Origin: Euprymna scolopes | Taxonomy: Eukaryota | Length of the DNA: 64,000 nucleotides | Strand: one strand, 5' to 3' | NCBI GenBank assembly: GCA_053919585.1 | Contig: JBSSHM010000097.1 | In this document: positions 48,046 through 55,322 of the stretch, one piece after another | Layout of the letters: every line of letters starts with the position of its first letter | Numbering within the stretch: position 1 is the first letter of the stretch | Notes under the pieces: model-generated | Told to the model about the DNA's origin: nothing | Databases searched by the model: none | The model's input: only the letters and a program-made list of their open reading frames with translations | Program-made: the position numbers and the translations under genes

Positions 48046-49467
48046 AGCATGCACGTCATTATCATTATGCTGATTTTATTTGGATCATCAGCTGTTTTTT
48101 TATCGGAGTAGGCGTGCTTTTTTTTATGGAATCAGCGTGGATTCATCTTGGCACATTTTTACCTATTTCTTTGCGTATGGTCATTGACTTGATGGGAATT
48201 GCCATCATAGGATTTGGTGTGTATCGCATGTATCATATTTTTATGGGGTTAGATAACTTATCAAAAAAAATACTGACCACAAATAATGAAGCAAGTAAAT
48301 TTGATGAGATTGTCTTTGAGAGTTCATCCCAAACAGTCAATTACTGGATACAACGTATCAACCGTTATCGTCAGCAACATCATGAGTTAAACCAACATCA
48401 ACTCAGTCATTTTGTGGATGTGATTGAATCGATGGTAGATTGCGTCATTGTAGTAAACAAAGATGGCATTATTACCCTGTTTAATCATCAGGCGGCAGAG
48501 GTAATGGGAAAAGATTCCCTAGTAGTTGGTAGGAGTATTTTTTCTGCTTTTCGCCGCCGTGGTTTAGCCGATATATTGGCTATTTTTCCAGATGAACGCC
48601 GTTACCAAACGATGCTATCTTCTCGTGATAGAAAAAAAACTTGATGTCTGGATTACGCCACTAAAAAATCAAGGATTTGTGATATGCTTTGATACACACG
48701 TTTTTGACCCTGACTATACCGCCAATCAATTAAAAAAAGGTGAAGTGGAATCTGGCGTGTATCATGACTTTACTTTGCACCAAGAACTTCCTGAAAAAAT
48801 ACCAGCTACTCCACAAACTCCAATAGAAGAGTTATTTGGTTTTGTGTTTGATATTGAAGCAACAGGGCTAGATGTAAACAAAGATGCAGCCATTTCTTTA
48901 GGAGGTGTATACTGCCATGGATTAAATATCCATTCACGTGAAGTTGTTGATGAATTAATCTTATCCGATGTGAAGATTAGTAAAAAATCCCAAGAATTTC
49001 ACGGCATTAGTAATCAAGATTTACTAGGTAAGCCAACTTTAGAGCAACTTTGGGAGCAAGAGCTACAAGCACATTTACAAAGTGGATTATTAGTGGGACA
49101 CCAAATTGGTTTTGACATTAGCTTGTTGCAAAATAACTTGCATCGTCAAAGTCAGAGCATTGATTGGAATCCTAAATATTTCCTAGACACCATGATTTTA
49201 GGCTACAGCTTAATTCCCTCTTTGCGAGAACAACAAGTTACCCTAGAATCCTTAGCCTCATTTTTCCAAATACCCGATTGGGGACGGCACACAGCACTGG
49301 GTGATGCTTTAATTACCTCTAGTGTATACGCAAGCCTACTAAAATTAGCCATTGATGCCGGAGATCAATGCTTAGGTGATTTGCTACATAGACAAGCGAA
49401 AGTATCACTCTATCGCAACGCCTACAAATCACAAGGATGGATTTCCCTACCTGAGGGTGAGTCTTAA
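48042..49467 (+). CDS. TM + PAS-like + DEDDh 3'-5' exonuclease protein, split by a frameshift in the A8 run at 48632-48639
   Basis: Two TMs; PAS-like ES..D.VIV....G.I..FN..A; C-part FDIEATG, GH.I.FD, DT, RHTALGDA; removing one A gives RDRKKLDVW. Confidence 0.8.
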
Positions 49468-49523
49468 TGAGTTGACTTCACTAATTTTGAATTAAAAATT
49501 TTTTATTAGAAAAAAATAAAAAG

Positions 49524-49607
49524 GTAGAGATACGATTTATCGCATCTCATTCATCTTCATCGTATTTGATTTTTATCATGGGAGACGCCATAAATGGACA
49601 TCTCTAC
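49524..49607. repeat. inverted pair of GTAG-type REP-like palindromes (REPIN-like)
   Basis: GTAGAGATACGATTTATCGCATCTC (49524-49548) and, on the - strand, GTAGAGATGTCCATTTATGGCGTCTC (49607-49582). Confidence 0.65.
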
Positions 49608-49697
49608 ATATAAAAAATTTTCAATTATCACCTGTTTTATAGAAGCGGTGAATTTTTATTGAAAAAACACATGATAAAAAACTAAGATGAGAGTTTA

Positions 49698-49807
49698 TGG
49701 TAGAGGTCGGAATTGAAACAAAACGATAAATGTTTGATTTTAATCATTTTTTAATTTATCAATTCAGACGTAGAGCACCAAATGTAGCACCATACCCTTA
49801 AAGCACC
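49698..49807. other. putative integrase attachment site (displaced tmRNA/tRNA 3' fragment + IHF site + arm repeats)
   Basis: - strand TTCAATTCCGACCTCTACCA (49717-49698); AATCAAACATTTA matching WATCAANNNNTTR (49739-49727); AGCACC at 49774, 49786 and 49802. Confidence 0.6.
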
Positions 49808-49911
49808 CTAAATTGAACCATATCCAGCCCTTCTTTACAATTATATGGTAGTGTGCCCTTCCATAAAAATTTCACTTCCTGCGGAGAAATCTCACAACTG
49901 TCTGAAACAAG

Positions 49912-50352
49912 TTATTTTAGTATCCAGTAGCAATAGACTTTCTCACTTTTTCTAGGAAAACTCCCGTATTGGTCTCGTATCTGTCCTTTTTGCACCACGG
50001 TATAATGCCCGTGTACAAGAACTATAGCGTCTGATTGTATCTTTAATATTTCATGAAAACTGGTATCGCTATCATTGTAGAGGAATCGCTTGAAAACATC
50101 CAAGTATTTGAGCATAATATTAAATTCTTTATTAGTTACTCCTCTATTCGGCCATGCATCTTCTGTGCATAGCCTAAACGCTTCGTTTAATTCTTGAAAA
50201 GTAAACTCTGGAAGAACTTGATAAAGAGCACACAATGCACAGCTATGAGGAGAAGAGCGTATCTGTTTTAGTGTTTCTTCGTATTTACTCGTTTTCTGAG
50301 GAAAGAAAAAAGCAAGGATTTTATTAAAAAATTGCTTAAATGCTTGTATCAT
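49912..50352 (-). CDS. putative papain-fold/C39-like cysteine peptidase
   Basis: SCALCAL (Cys at helix start) ... GVT..E ... AIVLVHGHYTVV (His) ... IRD (Asp) in C39-like order and spacing. Confidence 0.55.
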   Translation of the reverse strand: MIQAFKQFFNKILAFFFPQKTSKYEETLKQIRSSPHSCALCALYQVLPEFTFQELNEAFRLCTEDAWPNRGVTNKEFNIMLKYLDVFKRFLYNDSDTSFHEILKIQSDAIVLVHGHYTVVQKGQIRDQYGSFPRKSEKVYCYWILK

Positions 50353-50447
50353 TTTGACTTGAAAAAAAATTTTATTTCCTTATATTTATGTTAATCAATA
50401 TGATTGCTAAAGTCAATTTTATCTTAACCTAGTACATCACTTAACTT

Positions 50448-50912
50448 ATGAGCTATTTCACAATATACATCTCCGATGATAAAGGGAATCAAAACTACAG
50501 ATGGAACCTGAAAGATGATAATCATAAGATTATCGCACATTCAGAAGAACCATTCCACAGAGAAAATGCATTAAAGTCTGTTGAGAAAATGCAGTGTCAT
50601 GTAAAGCAAGAGACTGAAATTTGTTTAGAGTCTGAATCAACTGACACCTCTAAATACAGATTTGAATATCGTCAAAGTGAAAAAGATGAACAATGGTATT
50701 GGACTTTGAAGGCTGGTGGGAATCATGAACCAATGGCAATTGGTGAGGGTTATGTGTCTAAATCTAACGTCATTGAAGGTTTGGAAAATGTAAGACTTGA
50801 GATTTCTCGTGCTGAAATTAAGTTTGAATCACCTGAAGACCAAAAATGGTATAAGGCTTTTTTGATAAGAAGAGAAGATACGACTGAAACAAAAGGTATT
50901 CCTGGCTCCTAA
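50448..50912 (+). CDS. tandem YegP/DUF1508 protein with ~30-aa C-terminal extension ending KGIPGS
   Basis: Two repeats: YRWNLK..NHKIIA.SE.F....A.K.VE and WYWTLKA..NHE.MA.GEGY.SK.N...G.E.VR. Confidence 0.8.
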   Translation: MSYFTIYISDDKGNQNYRWNLKDDNHKIIAHSEEPFHRENALKSVEKMQCHVKQETEICLESESTDTSKYRFEYRQSEKDEQWYWTLKAGGNHEPMAIGEGYVSKSNVIEGLENVRLEISRAEIKFESPEDQKWYKAFLIRREDTTETKGIPGS

Positions 50913-50929
50913 AGGTAATTTAAATTATT

Positions 50930-51313
50930 ATGGAGGTCGAAAAGATTCTCATAGAACGAGGAATAGAATATTGTATTCCTGATACTGCCGATATTCCCTC
51001 CGATATTTCTGATACGGTAATTATTATTCAAAATTACAAACCCTTGAACATTGAAGCTCATCATCCATTTATAAACATTGCGTTAGCTGTCAAATCTAAT
51101 AGCACTTTTTCACCTAAAACTTGGCTGAATTACACGCCAGAAAAAATTCAACAAATAGATGGAAGTGCTCCGAAACCGCATCCTGACTATAAAGAATTTA
51201 TCTTTCATGATTTGAAATACTTTCCTTATTCCATTGGTGTTCAAGGCTTTGGCTTTGCAAATGTGGTAAATCTATTAGATAGTTTATATTGTCATATCAA
51301 CTTTGATTCATGA
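50930..51313 (+). CDS. divergent prokaryotic E2-like protein (Prok-E2_E-like)
   Basis: Pattern L.ERG..., VIIIQNY, INIALAV, P..I..IDG..P, F....Y.PYS matches by eye the recalled Prok-E2_E order (wviirdY, diai.i, P.L...dG..P, f.G..wq.wS); ATGA-coupled to the E1 gene. Confidence 0.45.
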   Translation: MEVEKILIERGIEYCIPDTADIPSDISDTVIIIQNYKPLNIEAHHPFINIALAVKSNSTFSPKTWLNYTPEKIQQIDGSAPKPHPDYKEFIFHDLKYFPYSIGVQGFGFANVVNLLDSLYCHINFDS

Positions 51314-52011
51314 GTGAACTCATTTCAAGAGTAAAAAAAATCTTAGATAAAAAAATTCTAGAGTGTATCTCAGAGAAGACCTTTATAGTGTTGGGATGTG
51401 GTGGTGTAGGTGCAAATTTTGCTGAAAGTCTTGTGAGAACTGGTGCAAAAAATTTGGTACTTGTTGATTATGATAAAGTTGAAAAAGCAAACTTAAATAG
51501 GTATTTCTCAGAAGAGCATATAGGCAAGAAGAAAGTTGAGGCTTTGTCTGATATTCTGAAAAAAATTAACAAAGAGATTGAAGTAAAAACTCATCCTTAT
51601 GCTGTGAAGCATTTAAGGACATCTGACTTAGTTCAAAAAGAGATACATGATAATATACGAAACAGCGATGTATGCATCATGGCAATGGATAAGAATGATG
51701 CGAGAATCAATGCTGAAAAATCACTCAATGAGTATAAATATTTTATCAGTATAGGGGTACAAATCAATCGTTTTGATGATTACAACTATCAAGTCAGTTG
51801 GGGACTGAAAACTCCTGAGAGTGCTGGTGAAGAGGAAGGATATGGTGAGGCTAATGGTTCACTCCATGCTATAGTACAAGAAGCTTCAAACACGGCATTT
51901 AATATGATGCTAAACAATCTATATAACCCTGAAAATGGCAGAAAGGAAATAAAGTCTATATATAGGGAGTATAAAAACAATACATTTACTCAAAAAGTAG
52001 ATTATTATTAA
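51310..52011 (+). CDS. ThiF/MoeB/E1-family adenylyltransferase lacking Zn-binding CxxC motifs
   Basis: LGCGGVG, VDYD.VE..NLNR, IG.KK, MD...AR; no CxxC. Confidence 0.9.
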   Translation: MSELISRVKKILDKKILECISEKTFIVLGCGGVGANFAESLVRTGAKNLVLVDYDKVEKANLNRYFSEEHIGKKKVEALSDILKKINKEIEVKTHPYAVKHLRTSDLVQKEIHDNIRNSDVCIMAMDKNDARINAEKSLNEYKYFISIGVQINRFDDYNYQVSWGLKTPESAGEEEGYGEANGSLHAIVQEASNTAFNMMLNNLYNPENGRKEIKSIYREYKNNTFTQKVDYY

Positions 52012-52075
52012 AAATAAGGCTGAAGTTTCACAAACTCCATGCCTCATTTTCATGCTTTGGCGAACCCTTTACCCA

Positions 52076-52140
52076 TCCTAAAAAAGGGATAGGTAAAGCT
52101 AACATACCAACAGTCAAACCAACCTATCCCTTTTACAGGA
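52076..52140. repeat. 19-bp imperfect inverted repeat with a 27-nt spacer
   Basis: TCCTAAAAAAGGGATAGGT (52076-52094) / ACCTATCCCTTTTACAGGA (52122-52140), 2 mismatches. Confidence 0.75.
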
Positions 52141-52718
52141 GGTATGTCAGATTTTACAAGTTCACGTTTGGTATCTTCTGTTATATCCATAAACGCTGGA
52201 AATGCAAATTCATTCAAGTAATGGTTTTCAATGCTCAACCGAAGGCAAGAAGCCTCAATGCCAACTCAACTGACCTCACAGACAATCCAATCAAGCAACA
52301 GTTCAATTTTCCCAGTCCACAACCAAAACAATTCACCTTTCCAGATACGACCTGAGCAGATAATCGTCAATGCCTTGTTCATAGAAATCGTATCTTTGTA
52401 ACTGTTGACCAACCCCACCAACGCAAACTAAAAAGCAGTCTGAAGAAGCATTCATCATCTGATCAATTGTAGCTTCATCACTTCCAGTATCGACTCTTTC
52501 CAAAATCATAGGTCTTGGAGCTTGTCTGTGTCTCAAGTTTTCTTGCCTGTGCTCATCAATTCTTGTTCCTCGTTTATCAGTAATAAAATCTTATGAGAAG
52601 TGTAAGTTCTGGTCGTCAAAAATAAAGGTAGTACAGAGTCTCCACCTTGATTTCCTCCTGTTCCCAGCCCTTTTTTTACTTCTCGTTTTTATTCACTAAC
52701 TAAACGAGGAGAATTATT

Positions 52719-53099
52719 ATGAAAACAGCACAGGAAGAAAACAACACTTTGAAAACCAAGCTCCAAGAAATGCTTGAACTGGAAAAAGAAACACTCAAAC
52801 GGGAAGTTATTGAGGAAGCATTAGACTATGATTCAGATGATGATATTAAATGCTTCTTCAGTGATTTGCTCCAGCATGGATGCGTTTCTGGCATGGTTGG
52901 TAAGCTTATTTACTACACAGATACTCATACTTTCTACGACAAGCACTACCATGAGATTGAAGAACTCAGGATTGAGTATCTGGAAAATGTCGGTGAAGCT
53001 CTCAATGTCGGAGACCGAGACTGGAAAAACACGCTTGCATGGTTCGGGTTTGAAGAAACTGCGTATCGGTTAGCAGGCGAGTTGGGCTTAGGGGTTTAG
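52719..53099 (+). CDS. small acidic MGE-associated protein (DUF7222-like), possible DNA mimic
   Basis: Strong RBS (GAGGAG); HGC.SG....LIYY.DT..FY..H..EI and KN.LAW..FEE motifs; about 28 D/E vs 13 K/R (hand count). Confidence 0.7.
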   Translation: MKTAQEENNTLKTKLQEMLELEKETLKREVIEEALDYDSDDDIKCFFSDLLQHGCVSGMVGKLIYYTDTHTFYDKHYHEIEELRIEYLENVGEALNVGDRDWKNTLAWFGFEETAYRLAGELGLGV

Positions 53100-53111
53100 C
53101 TTCTTGCCTTC

Positions 53112-53133
53112 AAGGGAGCTTCGGCTCCCTTTT
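53112..53133. terminator. probable bidirectional intrinsic terminator
   Basis: AAGGGAGC-TTCG-GCTCCCTT plus T run, between convergent genes. Confidence 0.85.
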
Positions 53134-53617
53134 ACACTTGATAAATCACAGAACCATGCTCAATCACATATTTCAATGGAATTTTTGGATTATTGATGTC
53201 TTTGCCACCATCCGCATGCCACTTTTCCTCCCATTTTTTGTAGTAAGGATCAAGATTTTCAGGCGAAAGTTGGTGTATTGACAATAACTTGATGCCCTCA
53301 TAAACAGCAAAAACCCAATCAACTTGACGATACTTTTTAATAATCGTAGGATTCATGTGATGATGAGTGGAGAAACTCTTTGTAAGCAAGGTATTGACAG
53401 ACTTTAGCTCATACTCTTTTCCATTAGAATCTTTTGCATCATTACCCTCTCTGCCTGGCAAAATCTCTAAACCAGTGAGGAGAAGGACTTGAAGCAACTT
53501 TCCCCCATTGTCTTGAAAAATATCATTAATTCCATGCTTGTCAGCAAGTTCTTGTAGCCTGATGATGTTTGGATATATTGTGTTGAAAATATCTATATCA
53601 GGATGAGTTTTCTTCAT
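53132..53617 (-). CDS. type II restriction endonuclease, PvuII-like (predicted site CAGCTG)
   Basis: Near-identical to recalled R.PvuII segments: [53 protein letters not shown]. Confidence 0.93.
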   Translation of the reverse strand: MKKTHPDIDIFNTIYPNIIRLQELADKHGINDIFQDNGGKLLQVLLLTGLEILPGREGNDAKDSNGKEYELKSVNTLLTKSFSTHHHMNPTIIKKYRQVDWVFAVYEGIKLLSIHQLSPENLDPYYKKWEEKWHADGGKDINNPKIPLKYVIEHGSVIYQV

Positions 53618-53843
53618 TCAATAATTCCTTGAGAGGTGTTTCTAGTGCTATTGCTAAACGTTCCATGTTGTCTATGGAAACATTTCTCTCACTACGTTCA
53701 ATAGAACCAACGTAGGTTCGATGAAGACCCGAAAGTTCAGCTAATTTCTCTTGAGATATTCCCTTCAACAGGCGAACCCTCTTGATATTCTTAGCAAATA
53801 AAAATCTAGTCTTATGTAAATCTGAAGACTTTTTGTCAAACAT
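53598..53843 (-). CDS. controller (C) protein of the R-M system, XRE HTH
   Basis: [30 protein letters not shown]; overlaps and precedes the REase. Confidence 0.92.
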   Translation of the reverse strand: MFDKKSSDLHKTRFLFAKNIKRVRLLKGISQEKLAELSGLHRTYVGSIERSERNVSIDNMERLAIALETPLKELLNEENSS

Positions 53844-53869
53844 AAGGTTATAATTTTCATATTGATGAT

Positions 53870-53895
53870 GACTTTATGTCTACAGACTATAAGTA
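53870..53895 (-). promoter_or_regulatory. C-box operator pair
   Basis: - strand TACTTATAGTC-TGTA-GACATAAAGTC, matching the GACTnnnAGTC-TGTA-GACTnnnAGTC PvuII-type arrangement. Confidence 0.85.
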
Positions 53896-53900
53896 GCACT

Positions 53901-54932
53901 ATGACCTCTCTTAGTAAAAAAATAGATACGCTTTCAAGCTCCATATTGATTAAGCCATCGTACTGTACCGATTTTGGACAGGCATACTATGGTGATTCTC
54001 TCGATTTGTTAGACCAACTACCAAACAACAGCGTGAATCTCGTTATGACCAGTCCTCCCTTTGCCTTGCAACGAAAGAAAGAATATGGGAATACGAATCA
54101 GAATGAGTATGTTGCTTGGTTAGCTCAGTTTGCGGAACGGGTATATAAAAAGCTCACTGATAACGGGAGCTTTGTTTTAGATTTAGGTGGAGCGTACAGA
54201 AAAGGAGTGCCCACAAGAAGTCTCTATAATTTTCGGGTATTGATGCACTTTTGTGATGAAATAGGTTTTTTTCTAGCAGAGGATTTCTATTGGTATAACC
54301 CATCCAAACTTCCCAGCCCCATAGAGTGGGTAAATAAACGAAAAATTCGAGCGAAAGACTCTGTGAATACTGTGTGGTGGTTTAGTAAGACTGAATATCC
54401 AAAAGCGAATATTTCTAATGTCTTAACGGAATACAGTGAACGAATGAAGAAACTGCTTGCGAATCCAGAAAAATTTTATGATCCTATGAAACGACCGTCA
54501 GGACATACGATAGGTGCTAGTTTTGGCAAAGACAACAAGGGAGCAATTCCCTCAAATTTACTCCAAATACCAAACTCTGAATCCAATGGAAACTATATGT
54601 CTGGCTGTAAATCCATTAACGCAAAAAGACATCCCGCCCGCTTTCCAGCAAAACTTCCCGAATTTTTCATTAAGTTTCTCACTGACCCTAATGATATTGT
54701 GTTGGATATTTTTTCTGGTTCTAATACCACGGGCTTTGTTGCAGAAAAACATAAACGCCAATGGTTGGCTTTTGATAATGAGATTGACTATGTAGCAACT
54801 TCAGCTTTCAGATTTTTAGACAAAGAAACAAGTATTGAATATCTTCGTAATGTTTATGAGGGCATTAAAAGCGGTAACCGAATTGATTTAACACAAGAAG
54901 AGATGACTCGACAAAAACAACTTCTTGGTTAA
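53901..54932 (+). CDS. N4-cytosine DNA methyltransferase, M.PvuII-like (beta class; likely start 53901)
   Basis: MTSPPFAL.R.KEYGN (motif IV), NPSKLPSPIEWVNKRKIR.KDSVNTVWW, HPARFP.KLPEFFI, DIFSGSNTTG; divergent from C/R. Confidence 0.93.
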   Translation: MTSLSKKIDTLSSSILIKPSYCTDFGQAYYGDSLDLLDQLPNNSVNLVMTSPPFALQRKKEYGNTNQNEYVAWLAQFAERVYKKLTDNGSFVLDLGGAYRKGVPTRSLYNFRVLMHFCDEIGFFLAEDFYWYNPSKLPSPIEWVNKRKIRAKDSVNTVWWFSKTEYPKANISNVLTEYSERMKKLLANPEKFYDPMKRPSGHTIGASFGKDNKGAIPSNLLQIPNSESNGNYMSGCKSINAKRHPARFPAKLPEFFIKFLTDPNDIVLDIFSGSNTTGFVAEKHKRQWLAFDNEIDYVATSAFRFLDKETSIEYLRNVYEGIKSGNRIDLTQEEMTRQKQLLG

Positions 54933-55322
54933 GTAACTTTTTGAAAATTTTGCTTTTTAACAATTATGGATATTATTGAAAATGAATTTAGTTTTTAACT
55001 TGAAAAATATGAAACAGTATTTTTGGTACTTCTTCGCCTTAAAAGGAGAAATGTCATGATTAAGATTTTTCTTGCACACTGTAGCATTATTGGTTGTTTG
55101 ATACGCAGTTCCAGCAATTTATTCAATGTTTGCAATAGATATTGCCGTCCTTATGCTAAAAAGTGGATATTATTGAATAATAGATCTTTTGATAAATATC
55201 CTAACTATAGTGGCAATATTATTTTATCTTACTTGAAGTATCGCCACTTTCTCAAAAAGAATAGGAACCCTTGGACTATCGTATTTTACATTCATACTGT
55301 TATTCATTCCACTCGTGAATAT

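Noticed and set aside
52050-52536. Two short - strand ORFs (62 and 67 aa)
   Set aside because: TTG starts, no recognisable motifs, overlap the inverted repeats; could not be joined into a credible gene
55023-55322. 100-codon N-terminal extension of the T11SS cargo ORF
   Set aside because: Starts at TTG and would bury the signal peptide; ATG at 55323 fits better
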